Origin: Toensbergia leucococca
Taxonomy: Eukaryota
Length of the DNA: 51,407 bases
NCBI GenBank assembly: GCA_022813965.1
Contig: JALDZS010000166.1
Location: 1-51,407, forward strand
Reading direction: 5' to 3'
Below are positions 1-13,100 of this stretch, piece by piece (position 1 is the stretch's first letter; the number at the start of each line of letters is the position of its first letter). A model generated the notes under the pieces. It saw only the letters and a list, made by a program, of their open reading frames with translations, searched no databases and was not told where the DNA came from. The translations under genes and the position numbers were made by a program.

Positions 1-504
1 TCTGGTCGATAACATCCCAATCGATCCATAGTCACTTCGAATTCCTTTGTGGCATATCCGAAGCTCATGAATCCCAAGACCCAGATTAATAAGCGGATGG
101 CTTCAGAAGACACATATTTGACCGTGCCAACATCTACGGCCTGGCTGTAGTCTCTCAGCCAGTTTCCGAAGTATACTCTAGGCTTTATTAACAAGACTAC
201 TTTATCCAAGAGTTTCTCGGATTCTCTCATACCTCTTAACATCAAGCTTGCTAAACTTCTTCCCTCCAGCAGCGCGAGACATAAGTATATTAAGAAGAGT
301 GTCCTCAATATCGCCATGGCGCCAATTAACGCCTTCGATACTGGCAAGTGAGCCTAAGAGCATGTCAGTCAAAGCCCATTACCTGTAACCGAGTTCCTGC
401 CTACCAATATTGCCAGCTCCAAAGGCAGCGACTGGCGAGGTAAGAAATATAAATAAGGCCAAGCAGGATAACAGGAAGCCAGACGAGGCGGTGAAAAGAG
501 CCAT
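1..504 (-). CDS. het-C: Heterokaryon incompatibility Het-C family protein, 5' part; continues past the window start
   Basis: Exons 504-405, 353-233 and 177-1 splice (GT-AG) to MALFTASSGFLLSCLALFIFLTSPVAAFGAGNIGSLASIEGVNWRHGDIEDTLL...KFSKLDVKRVYFGNWLRDYSQAVDVG...GFMSFGYATKEFEVTMDRLGCYRP. This is a signal peptide followed by the hallmark Het-C N-terminus. Confidence 0.93.
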
Positions 505-1113
505 AGTGAGACACCGCTTGATCTCTACTATATCTTGAACATACGGTCAGGAAATGGGAGTGTGGAAGAGTAGAGTACAAGAGCACTTCAGTAAGTAGCA
601 GTCTTTACATAGAAATGTGTTGGCGGTGAGAAAATATGATCACATTGCCAAGCAGTTGGTTTGCTTGGCGGATTCGCTGGAGCGTTCACAAACAGATAAA
701 CGGGGCTAAGCACTGAGTCTTACCTATTGATACGAAGGAAAATACCCCGGATCAATAGACCTCAGGCCTAGGAAATCTGAATAGTAAAGTAATTGTATTA
801 ACGTCGGTGAGGTAATGAGAATTACCTCATTAGGGATAGTGTAAATAGTAGGTAGATGAGTCTGCAGAGCGACCTACAGTCACTCGGACAGGAAATGACT
901 TCATCATCATCATGGATGGCATATAATCCGCTATTTTATCCTTCTTGTGTGTTGAGTAAGACATCCTATCGCTCTATCTAGAGTACGATGAATGCCCAGC
1001 CTCTGCCCTTTCAGCTTCATCAAACCTTGGGTAACAAGTATCTCCTGAGTCTTATGAAAAGAACAGCCTCAGTTTTCTCATGCATGTTGTTATCAGGGAT
1101 TTGCGGCTTCATC

Positions 1114-2615
1114 TTATACATTCGACCCATGATATAGCGCCGCTCGCCTATCTGTTCCATTTCCGCCATTTATCCCCTTGCTTCCAGACTGTGACCCATT
1201 CGACATCTCATACGTCAAATCCTGCTCTGACGAGCTTTTCAAGTATCTACTGCCACTGCTGTACTCGACCGGCTCTGATCTCGCACCAGGCCAAAATCGT
1301 TGGCGCGAGGAGCTGCTCCTGCTCGACTTGTCTCGTAAAGTGAAGTACCGAAGGCTCTTGGGCAGGCGGAAAATATTCGCGCCAGAGGAGCCGCTGGACA
1401 TGCGAAGAGCAGGGAGGATTGGTGCGGTGGCGCAGATGACTCCTGCTGAGACTTCGGCATTGCTGTGGAGATGCAAATATAGTTAGCCGATAGTTGGGCA
1501 TCGTAGGGAACTAGAGTTTGAGCAAGGGAAGAGGCGTGAGAGCGACCAACCTGAAAGTGAAGATTTTGACGGTCCACCACGTCTTGTCAGCGATGTGTAG
1601 CTGCTCAATGCGGTAGATTAAAGAGCCTATAGAGCAGGCAACAGCGCTTCAACTCATTTTAGTACAGTCAGGATATGCACAGGGTCAGTGCTTACATCAA
1701 TCCTGTTGTAAAGACAGCGCTAATTCCAAGCTTGCATTTTGTAGACATGTGCAATCTCCATACTATTTGGTTAGGGATCACAAGCAGATAAATATCGCTC
1801 AGGGTGCCGAAAACGGCTTGAGCCAGTGCCATCAATTCTTGAGACTGTCCGCACTGAATTGACAGTGCAACCCATACCGGCGTATTATTGGGCCCGTAGG
1901 GTGAAGGGATACAGATTGCAGCATTGAAGATAATAGAGACACTGTAGAATATTATACAGACCACAGTACCGACAACAATCAGCCATCGCGTCAGCTTATT
2001 AGGTCGAAACAGACGCAAGTAGAGAATGAAAAGCGAAAGCTTGACCAGTAGAGCACCTAGAGCATAGAGCTCAACAGCGCCTAGTGTTCGCTGTAGGAAC
2101 TCTTTTGTAAAGCTGCTAACGGGAATGTCCCACTCATGAACGCCGATCATTCTCTGCGGACCGGGCCCAGCAACTATACATATTCTTGTCAGCTTCGGCA
2201 AGCATGATATTTAAGAACCAAGAGCTCAACTCACTAGAGATGGCGAGTGCATCATGTGTCACGATAGATATCTGAGATCAGTCAGCGTCGGTCATTTTCC
2301 CTATTCACTGCCAGAGCTCCACATACATAACCCATCAAACAGGTGACTGCCATCCATTAGTAATGTTCTTGTTATTAGAAGATAGTGAGTAATCAGCCTA
2401 CAGTCATCCCAATTCCACGTCTGACTGATGAAAACCTTCACGTATAACCTCAGAAACATAAAGATGGAAGCTATTCCAATGCACACGCCCATGCCAATGT
2501 ACATTTGATAAGCTCGAGACTCAGGATCCACGAAATTTGGAACCACGTTAGGTGGCGGAGCGAGCAACGGTAGGGTTTCAGAAAAAGAAGTATTTATTGG
2601 TTGCACCATGGTCAT
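1114..2615 (-). CDS. Pth11-like (fungal rhodopsin-domain, non-CFEM) integral membrane protein
   Basis: Six-exon model with family motifs PPPNVVPNFVDP, LRLYVK..WDD, GVHEWD, VKLSLFILYLRLF, SDIYLLVIP..WRLHM..KLGI, and E..AGVICA..P.LP. All splice sites are canonical and the frame stays open to TAA at 1114. Confidence 0.85.
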
Positions 2616-3244
2616 AATTCAATTGAGGTGTTCTAGCTACGAATTTGGATCCAAGGTGAGAGGAGCAGGCAATGAAAAGAGGTTATTCGGTCCAAGCCTG
2701 GTGCATATATATGGGTTGAGCTCCATGCTGTCAACGGAGAGTTAAGGAATACGAGGGATATATTACATAAGTAAGAAGGTACTGCAGCGTGACAAATACC
2801 TGTAAGAAATTAATATAATACTCCATTTTATGGGGAAATGCACCACCCTAACACCGGTTCCTGTGTGACCAACCTAAAGTAATACGCCTCTGGTGCGGTA
2901 TCAGGTAGGATAGTGCATTCCCCACAAAATGGAGTACTGTGGTGACTGTAAGTTCATAAGTTTGCCTTGCTCCAAGATAGGTAGTCCAACAGGAAGTAGG
3001 TACATATTAGCGTGAAACGGAAAGAAGCCTGCAGCATGGGACGGCTGGCGTTGCAAAGCACCTGCAGGCATGACAGCCTTATCCTTTCCACTTTTACGTA
3101 CAGCCATGCCAGGGTAGGTAATGCGATGTGTCTGATTGGCTCACTAAGGGATTACTCCGTGAATTAGCGGGAATCACACACAAATATGGGCCTCATTTCT
3201 ATGCGTACCCATTATTCTCATCTACCTACTCATTCCGATATATC

Positions 3245-3695
3245 TAGCCTCATGATGAAGAGATCAGCAGTCCTTATCCTCCTTTTATCTACAGAAGGCT
3301 AGTCCTTCACATGAACTAGATGAACACCCCTGTTTTGTTTGTCCGGACGTTGACGTTTCTTGGTAGGAGGACCCTCTTTCACCACCCCTCCTTCCACCCA
3401 CATAGTTTCATCCACCTCCGCAAGGGGAGCCCTTCTTTTCCTAGTTTTGGATGGATGCGAAGGACGTGATGTCTCGTCATCTTTGCATACGGTACAGTAG
3501 GCCCTAAGGGAACGTATCATCCACTCATGCTCCGATGATCTGATCTTTGGTAACGGTAGAAGAGTATTCCCCTCCTTGCGAGGATGTTTCTTGCAGGATC
3601 CACCAGGGGCGGAACGGGAAAGCTTTACAGCCACGGTATGTATAAAGTCTTGATGAGTTACTGAGTTGTTTGAGTTGTGATAGGTTATTGCGACC
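3245..3695 (-). mobile_element. Degenerate piggyBac-like transposase C-terminal fragment
   Basis: Reads ITYHNS..THQDFIHTVAVKL...HEW....RAYCTVC...RRAPLAEV. After a frameshift near 3340 it reads QTKQGCSSSSCEGLAFCR*KEDKDC*SLHH, the Cys/His-rich tail typical of piggyBac transposases. No terminal inverted repeats were found. Confidence 0.55.
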
Positions 3696-4145
3696 GAAGG
3701 GAATATATTTGTTTACATGTTTACAAATGAAATTAAGGTATGATGCTGATGGTTTGATTAAGGTAGTTGCCCTACTCGGGCACTAACCTCTACAGTGACA
3801 CTAATACATGGCTGCACGTATATCACCTTGGCAGTCTAACCCGATCGGAACCACCAATCGGACCGCTTACATTCCCACCTAAGGTATCCTGAGATGTGGG
3901 CAACTTGATTGGTGTTTCCATTCAAGTTAGCGTGCCAAGGGGAGAGACTTTTCGGCCATACGAGTATAAGGTAACAGTTGAAGGGCATGTTATTCCATGA
4001 TGTTCTAAAATAAAACTACGCCTTCAAGCTGCACTTCAGCCTCTTAAAAACGTTAAATGCGGGCTTATAAAATTTCTTAGAAAGTCCATTTATAGTCAAT
4101 ATATCTCTACTCTACAACAATGACATGTGCTTACACTTATTTCCC

Positions 4146-6180
4146 CTAGCGAAGCTTGATTCTAAACGGTACCTTATCCTTAGGAGGTAATACACCAAGG
4201 GGAAAAAACCCTCCGAACATTCTAGGCTGCCATCCCTTAGGTGTTCGAAGCTCGATCTCATATCGCTCAACAAGCAGACTAAGTGTAGAAATTGCTTCTC
4301 TTTTCGCAAAATCGCGGCCAGGACATTTGCCAGGTCCACCTCCGAAAGGAAGAAAGACGCCATTCAATCCATCCGTAGAGAAAACTCCTTCTTTGGAAAC
4401 CGTTTCGTCGCGGTTGTTGTACCCTTGAGTAGTGGTTGACTGTGCATTCTTGCGCACTGGTCCACTGCTGGGATTGTCAGGGTAAATAACGAATCTCTCT
4501 GCCCAGAAATCTTCGATCGGATGCGGATCTTTCTCTGTGCCCTGATTCCATATAGTCTCGTTCATAGCTCCATGCCAGGTCGAAAGCCCGAGTAAGGAGT
4601 CGCCACGAATTGACCAGCCATCAAACTCAAAATCTTTACTCGCAGAGATTAACTTCCGAGGATCTAGACCAACTGTCCTTAACCTTAGAACTTCGGAGAA
4701 AATGGACCGAAGTAGAGCGTTTTGACTCAATCTTCTGATGTCGTAAATTTTGAAGACTCCGATAATCTCACGAACTCTAGCTAGTAAAGCTGGTCGGGAG
4801 AAAACTTCGAAGACTATCCAGAATATTGACTTGGAGGAGTTACTTGTAAATCTAGAGAATGTGGTTAGCTAAACCCAGTAATCTGGTGCAAGTGTTCTAC
4901 TCGCGCAAATATAATTCCAAGGTCAGATGAAGCCGTTGAATCAGCATCAATGCGGGTGGAGTCAAGTGCAAGGTAAGCACGTCGTCGGGCTCTAATGTAC
5001 TTGCTCCCCGTATCCTTGGTCCATTCAGACTCCTTTCCCTCTGCTTCTTGAGACTTCAAGTGAGCATCTAAGTGCTTATGCCACTTCTTAACACTATGAA
5101 GCATTTTGTCCCGCTTTCTGTATGCTCCTGGGATCAACCATCGCGGCCAGCCGTACATAAGAGAGGTAATTTTGCATTCGAAGTCCCAATAGTCTTCGAC
5201 AAACGTAGGATTAAGGTCGAGAAGGGCTTTACCGCATACAGCTTCAGCGCCAGTGCTTGTGACTAGGTCCTTAACAAAGGTAAACAGATCAGGAAGTTCG
5301 ACCCACTCCGCATCAATCTGACTAGTAGCAAGCAGATTCCGATGCAAAATTTGGGCGTAGTGTTCACTCATACCATACGAGCTCTCTCCATTCAAATGGC
5401 GATGTGCTGGTTCCCAGTTGGCATTTCGAATACGAGCATTCACAGGTACATTCGTCCCAGGGAAGGGTTTTGTGTAGGAGCCAGAGTTATCTTCTTCGAA
5501 GGCCGAGACTCCGGACATTGGCATGCCAAGGATCCAATTTAGGGACGCTGGAATAACCACAGGATTTGCTTCTAGGCCAGAGGGTGCCTGTAAAAGCTTG
5601 TGGATATGTTCTCGGCTGCTAGGAATGTAGATTACCACAGGTCCAACCCGGACTCCAACAGGAAAAGAGTGTCCATACTTTTGCCTGTGTATTGTCAATT
5701 GCTATCGTCGTTAAGGTTGTTTTAATCCGTGTAATCAAATCTTCCAAGGCACTTACACGAGAGTTTTGCAAAGTTCTAAGCCATTCCACATAAACAGAGG
5801 TGCCGATCCCAGAACAGGAATCCAGTACGGTAGGATAGGAGGTCTTTTGTGCGCGGGCTTCGAGCTTCTACATGCAATTTCTGACTGGATTGACGTTACT
5901 AGAAACGTGACTGGAAAGACAATACAAATTGACACCACAACAATAAGTACCCAGTGAAATAGGCCGAGGGATATCTAAATAATATTTTCAAGTTACTTTT
6001 AGCATACGACTTGAAAGATCAATCCCACTTAAGGGCAGATCCAAATAGACTAAAACACACTACAGCGAAATTAGAAGTACTTACCAGGGAGCATGTAGGG
6101 CAAATGGGCCTCCAAGTAGTTGACTTATTTATCTCTCTCAGAAAGCCACCAACAGTGTCTTGGCCCTGAATAAATAACAT
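4146..6180 (-). CDS. Cytochrome P450 (CYP7/prostacyclin-synthase-like type); start codon uncertain
   Basis: N-terminal TM helix, PP.LPYWIP hinge, ExxR (EVLR), F.AERF and heme motif FGGGPGKCPG. Introns at 5685-5756 and 4852-4904 (GC-AG). The first exon (6180-6085) is tentative. Confidence 0.88.
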
Positions 6181-7868
6181 GGTAAGAATTGAAGTCAGTA
6201 GAAAAGAGATTGTATCATAGACAGAGAACTGATATTTATATTGACTTGTCAGATACAAATAATTACTTCAATGCTTTGAACGGTAATTCACGCCTTAAGA
6301 AGGTGGCAGTTGCTTTATCAGAAGCTGATATACTTTGAATGCTGAGGGAAAGTCACCAAACGCTAGCACATCCAATAATTGAACATGCTGTGATGACAAG
6401 ACCGCACCTTCATGGCACAGAATTCTTGCCATCTCAAAGATGTGCCAAACCGCAGCTCTGCAGTAGAAAATTTGCAATTTCATCTAGAGAGGCAGAGGAG
6501 GCATAATTCCCTCATGCATCCCTGTAAACAAGGGTCCTGCCATTATGAATGAGGCAAAGATGCTCGAATCTCTTACAGCTCCAGGGTCAGCTCTGTGCTG
6601 TACTGGAAAGTGCCTTCAGCAACTCTCCAGTAGCTGTCCAAGGAGCTGGCCGTGTCAGTTGATGAAGAGACTGGATGGGTCTTCCACTTGCTGTCGTTGA
6701 AGCGGATGTCGAGACCTTGCCTCTGTTTCTGTACTACTTCAGCTGCTGTGCAATCTCCTACAGGATTCTCTGCGCGTCTCCGAAGTGCCATGCAGTACCC
6801 GCATCAACAGAAGCAACCTACCTACCTACACTTTGTCTTCTCAGGTTAGGCAATATAGTTGTTGAGACCGTGAATGTGTCGCCTCACATAAACGGAAGTG
6901 ATCTCTTTCTTCTCAAATGATCATCAAAATAGACCTCGTAGAAAGTAAAAAATTCAGTCCTTCTTGACACAACATCAGTGGACCTATAGAAGAAACAGAT
7001 CGCAGTTTTTCTGGGACCTAAAGACAGCAACTTCAGGTGGGCCGTCGTTGCACAAAGATGGTTGATGCTATGCATGAGCTGAAATCAATCTCTACAGGGA
7101 TAGGCGGTGATTAATAGGAGGGGAAAAGTAAAGGCGGGGATGGCAGAGGAGTGGGGGCTCCTAACTGTAGCTATGTATTTAGTGATTGATGCGGAAGGAG
7201 CTTTTCGGAAAGCGGGCCCCCAAGATGTTCCTCTCGGATTCAGCCAACAATGGACTTTAACATGGGAGCTTAACCTTCAATTGGAAGAGAATCTAGTTGA
7301 GAAAATTGTTGAGCAGCTGAGAATGGCACAGCACTTTGATGGTGTGCTGATGCCTCGTTACTGAACCCGTAACTTTGGCCGTATTCGTATTTCCATACCG
7401 TACCGCACCATCGTTATATGGCGATGCCAGTTGTCGCTCGTTTGCACCACGCTAGAATAGCAGGACAAGAGAATTAATCCAAGGCATCGAAATTCCATCC
7501 CCGCTAGCTGCATGCTGTGCTCCATGACTACAGACTCTGATGGCAAATGGCGGCCCTCCTCTAAGCAGCTGCATCAAATGAGCAGATTCTCTCTTGTCCA
7601 GAGCCTTGACAGGTAGTACTCCTCTTGGCTTCCTGTCGCAGCTGAGCTATACGTTGCCTTAGTGCTACATATCAAGCCTTGTATTTGCAGATCCTGGTAA
7701 GGCAAGCGAGAATACTGGCATTTCCTGATGCCTCGTTGTCTAGAGTGAATGAATCAGTCGGTGTACTCACCCTTCTCCTTGCTTGGCTTCGACCATTCTA
7801 TTCTCCATTCCTCAACCTTCTCCTCTATTCGTCCTGGTCTCCGCCCTTTCAGTATTAGATTTCTTCTA

Positions 7869-9373
7869 ATGGAGCGCTCGACTGATGCTAGAACACAGCA
7901 GTGTACCGATCTCTTTAAGGTACTAGGCGACAAAGTCTCGTACGTCTCCGAGGGCAATTACAATTCGTCAATGGGCTCTTACTGGTCATCTCAAGAAGCC
8001 AATCTCGTGCCTAAATGTATAGTCTCCCCGAGAAGCGTAGACGATGTTGCGGCTGCCATCAAGACTCTGTATGACCAGCAATTAGCTGGCCAAGACGTCA
8101 GCTTTGCTATTCGAGGTGGAGGCCATACGCCCTGGGCAGGTAGCGCCAACATCCAGGACGGCGTCACCATAGATATGCGGGCGATTAATGGTATTGAGGT
8201 TAGCGACGATCTTTCAGTCACCTATGTTGGAGCAGGGGCAATCTGGGGAGATGTCTACAAAAAAATGGACTCACTCGGCCTCGTAGTTGTGGGTGGTCGT
8301 TTGGCAACCATTGGGGTGGGGGGTCTTTTGACAGGAGGTTTGTTTTCTATTCTACCTTGATCCAATAGAATTCTGAGATAGAGCCAGGTGGTATTTCGAT
8401 TTTCTCTGCTCGAAAAGGTTTCGCCTGCGACAACGTTGTTAACTACGAAGTTGTTCTTGCAAATGGTACCGTCGTTAGCGCCAATGAAACACAGAATCCA
8501 GACCTCTTTCTTGCCCTCAAGGGCGGCTCGAACAATTTTGGAGTTGTCACTCGCTTTGACCTCAAGACCTTTCACGGCAGTAATTTCTGGGGTGGATTCA
8601 TACTCTGGCCTGACTCCGCATCACTGGCTCTCATTGAAGCGTTTTCGAACCTCGATCTCGGCAATGGTTACGACAAATATGCTGCGCTAATTCTTTCCTT
8701 TTCTTCAGTTGTTGGAGTGGGCGAATTCGCCAGCGCAAATATGGCGTACACCAAGCCAACGCCCAATCCACCGACTTTCCTGCCTTTCACCAGCGTGCAG
8801 CCTCAGCTGCAGAATACCATGCGAATTACCAGTCAGACGGACTTCGTTACCGAACTTGTAGCACTGCAGACCTCAGGCCGTCGCCAGACGTACATTACTA
8901 ACACGTTCAAGAACGACTTCACTTTGATAAAGGACATCTACGCTCTATCAAAAATCACGTTCAAGCAGCTCCCGCAGACGCCAGGTATCACGCTGTCATT
9001 TAATATACAACCCATTCCTCCAGCCACAACGTCTGAAACAGCTTCAAGCCCAAGCGGTGGCAACATGCTCGGTCTAAGTCCAAGCGATGGAGCCCTAGTA
9101 TTATGTCTTATCGCAGTGACATGGGACAACCCTGCTGAAGACACTCAAGTACAAACTGCCGCAAGAGTACTAAACGACGAAGCCGTGCAGCTGGCAAAAT
9201 CCCGAGGCCTCTTCAATAAGTGGATTTACCTGAACTATGCGGCTCAGTGGCAGGATCCAATCGGCGGGTATGGCGAGGTGAACAAGGCGAAGCTGCAAGC
9301 AACAAGCAAGAAGTATGACCCACAAGGAATATTTCAGAAAAACGTGCCGGGAGGATTCAAGTTGTTTCCTTAA
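7869..9373 (+). CDS. FAD-linked oxidoreductase (VAO/berberine-bridge-like, PCMH-type FAD binding)
   Basis: Motifs FAIRGGGH, GVTIDM, GVGGLLTGGGIS (across an intron at about 8338-8387), DNVVNYEVVLANG, PDLFLALKGGSNNFGVVT, and C-terminal YLNYA...KYDP.GIFQ..PGGFKL. Confidence 0.92.
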
Positions 9374-9804
9374 ACAGTGAGAGAGTATTAAAGCTTAACT
9401 GCAGGTGTGCAAATAGGTACCTAAGGTATTGTCAACATTTGTCAAAAATACAATATCAGGAAAGGAACCTTGGCCTACGAATACGTTACTCGGATCTACC
9501 TACTCGTAGCACCATTCTATCAACCCGATGAGTCGGCTCTTCTGTGGACTTCGTTCCTGACCACATCGATGTCGAAAATGCCAAGATAGTTTGATAATTC
9601 TAAATTTTACAATACTTTGGGTCATAATGATGTTAATGTTATGTCTGTTTCTATTCCGATATCTACACAGTCTCTCCGTACATGAATATTCATTGTGGCA
9701 CAGAATTCATTCGTAGTGATATAAATGATCTCGGCACTCCCCCAACCGGTAAAATAAAGGGCATTCCGTTCTTGGTTCATAGGAGCGCGGAAGCTTAGGG
9801 GTAT

Positions 9805-12707
9805 TTAGAATACATAGTATTGCTGCGTCAACGGTAATTCAGTAGCTGGCTCTGCCTTGCAGATCATGCCATCGGCCTCGACCATCTGTAATAAATTCTG
9901 CATGTTAGTATATTGGGAAACACGTCTTGGGGAACGTGGAAATCACTCACGTAAGTCTCGGGGTCTACTTTCATCTTCGGCATCGTATCATTGTACTTCA
10001 TATCCCGTTTACCAATGTTACGGCAATTCTTGACTACTTCGATGCGTTTGCGAAGATTGTAGCTTGCTATAGTGCCGGAAGTGATAGAAGCTTGAGAAAC
10101 AAAGGTGATGGATGTTCGGGGGACGAATGTCTGCCAAGAGCGATGATTTAGCGCTGTCAGTGCTATGACTTTACAAGAAACACTTACAGCGAACATGGGA
10201 CGCATGATGATAGGCTCGACAGTAGGAATGGATGCGTTTGGATCTCCCTTGTTACAAGTCAGTGGGTCGAACCGACCGAGGAAACGGAGCGAGACTCACC
10301 ATTTGGGCGTAAGATATCATGCCGCTCTTTACCACCATACTCGGTTTGGTTCCAAAGTTCGCCGGCGTCCACAAGACCAGGTCTGCTAGTTTTCCAACCT
10401 CGATGCTACCAATTACATGGCTCATACCCTGCGCGATGGCCGGATTGATGGTGTATTTGCTGATATATCTCTTGACTCGGAAGTTATCAGCGCCAGTGCC
10501 TTCATCTTCTTTCAAGACACCCCGTTGTACTTTATTCTTGTGCGCTGTATTCCACGTTCGAAGTATTACTTCACCACAGCGACCCATAGCTTGTGAGTCA
10601 GAAGACATCATACTAATAGCACCAAGATCGTGTAGCACGTCTTCAGCGGCAATGGTCTCAGCGCGAATGCGAGACTCAGCAAAGGCAACGTCTTCCGGGA
10701 TATTCCTCGATAAATGATGGCACACCATTAGCATATCAAGGTGCTCATCGAGAGTGTTGCGCGTGTACGGTCGTGTTGGATTAGTACTACTAGGGAGAAC
10801 ATTGCCATGTTCGACAACAGAGATGATATCAGGTGCATGCCCTCCGCCGGCCCCTTCAGTATGATATGTGTGGATGGTCCGATCTTTAAAGGCGGCGATT
10901 GTCTGCTCAACAAATCCTGATTCGTTGAGAGTGTCGGTATGAATAAGACATTGGACATCATACTCGTCGCAGACACTTAGGCAAGTATCTATGGCAGCTG
11001 GCGTCGTCCCCCAATCCTCATGTAATTTCAATCCGGCGGCACCAGCAATGCATTGCTCCTGCAAGGCTCTTGGGTCGCTGTCATTACCCTTGCCAGTGAT
11101 AGCAAAGTTGATAGGCAGCTCGTCACACGCTTGAAGCATCTGCCGAAGATGTACCTTACCAGGCGTACAAGTGGTGGCGTTGGTACCTGTGCTTGGCCCC
11201 GTCCCACCCCCAAGCATGGTCGTAATACCAGCGGCCACAGCTTCATAAGCCTGTTGCGGGCAGATGAAGTGAATATGCGTGTCGAAACCGCCAGCGGTGA
11301 CAATCTTCCCTTCGCCTGCAATAACATCGGTGCAGGAACCTACCACCATTGCTGGATTGACACCGTCCATAACGTCAGGATTTCCTGCTTTGCCGATCCC
11401 AACTATTACGCCGTCCTTGATGCCAATGTCTGCTTTGAAGATCCCACTCCAATCCACGACCAATGCATTCGTGATCACAGTATCCAATGACTCCGAATCA
11501 GCTCGACCGCTAGCCTGCCCCATACCTTCTCGAAGCGTCTTACCCCCACCGAAGCTGCACTCATCTCCATATACAGTAAAGTCTTTCTCGACCTTGATCC
11601 ACAGATCCGTTGAACCCAATCGTATGACATCTCCGGTTGTGGGACCAAACATGGAACAATACGCCTCCCTAGTCATTGAGAAAGGTTCGAGGCCCGAACT
11701 ATCGCTTGTAGGATCTGTAACATGTGCAAAGCCTCCTTGTTGCAGCTTTGTTTTTATTTCTTCTGCCCGAGATACATCCACATGACCTGAAGCTACATTA
11801 TTACCACCCCTAATGACCCTGTGCCCACCGATTTCAACGAGGTTGACCGTCTTCATGTCTCCTGGCTCGAATCGCACAGAGGTTCCAGCAGCTATGTCTA
11901 GAAAATAGCCGTATGCTTTTATACGGTCAAACTCCAGCTGAGGATTTGTTTCGATGAAGTGGTAATGTGAACCAATCTGCTCCTTCCTTAGCAACTCCCT
12001 TTGGTCTTCATAGGGAAAAATTGCACACACACCTGTATGGGCCTATCACCCTTGCTGGTAACTTTCAATTTTATCCTCCTTCTTCCTTCGTGAAGGACGA
12101 CTCTGCTCTCCTTTACTGGTATCACAGTACCTGGTATCTTCATTGCGTCATACTCCGCAGAATCTGGTAATGGGAAGACGTCTTTCGATGGGATAGGCAG
12201 AAAACTGCCGTATAACGCCTTTTCTAGATCACCATCGTCCGTACTGACCGGATGATGTACAGTCACGAGGTATGTGCCAGTTGGAAATGTTCCCTCGACC
12301 ATAAGCTCCGTAAGGGAGGAAAGTACAGAAGGAATGACATGACGCCTGCCAAGCATAGTCTTCCCAATTGACATGAGGTCGGCCACCGAGTGCTTGCCAT
12401 CTCGAATAAGCTATATACTGTACGTAAGTAACTGTGCCAACTCTCTCAATTGGATCAGAAATACTTCTTGCAGGTTGTTCGCAATCAAGGCCTGTGATAT
12501 GAGGAGATCAGACAGTCCACAGATGAGATCAGATCACCGTGAGCGTACAGTTGCCTCAGCATGGTTCAATTTGACGCCTCTAGCAAGTCGACGCTGAGCA
12601 AGCAGCCCGAGCTGCGAGGTGACAAGCTTGTCAAGCTGCAAAACGTGTGAGTGAAACGGTCAAAGTGCTGATGAGGCAGGTGGTACTTCTTTGGGTACGA
12701 GATGCAT
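9805..12707 (-). CDS. ure1: Urease (fused gamma-beta-alpha subunits, Ni-dependent)
   Basis: Starts MHLVPKE. Motifs [78 protein letters not shown] and SSDSQAMGR. Ends [10 protein letters not shown]. Confidence 0.98.
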
Positions 12708-13100
12708 GTCGTTGGTGTTAATGACAAGATTGATGATGAGCAGTCCATTCGTATATGTCCCATTAGCAGTACTAGTAGAGAAATATCATCTCTTAACTGC
12801 GGGGTCTCTTATTACTAGCGTTGCGGTGGAAAGAAGGAACGCGCAGGAAACCACAATATGTAATAAGTGGCGGCGATAAGCGTAATTTGGTTTGCTATCG
12901 AGAACACAATTGCCAATTACCTGAAGTAGAGAAAAGGAAGGGAGATCTCCAGCCTCCACTTATCAAAAGCATGGATATCTTTCGGGCAGCAACACTTCGC
13001 TCAATGAAATCGACTTTTTTCAAAATCTCACAAAAACCAACTAGAACTATTCCATGTCCACTTCTTGTCCCCGGCTATGCTCCTTATTTTCATCTTCACA

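Noticed and set aside
6250..7700. Several short ORFs between the P450 and the FAD oxidase (possible decayed gene)
   Set aside because: No recognisable domain or consistent splice model in any frame.
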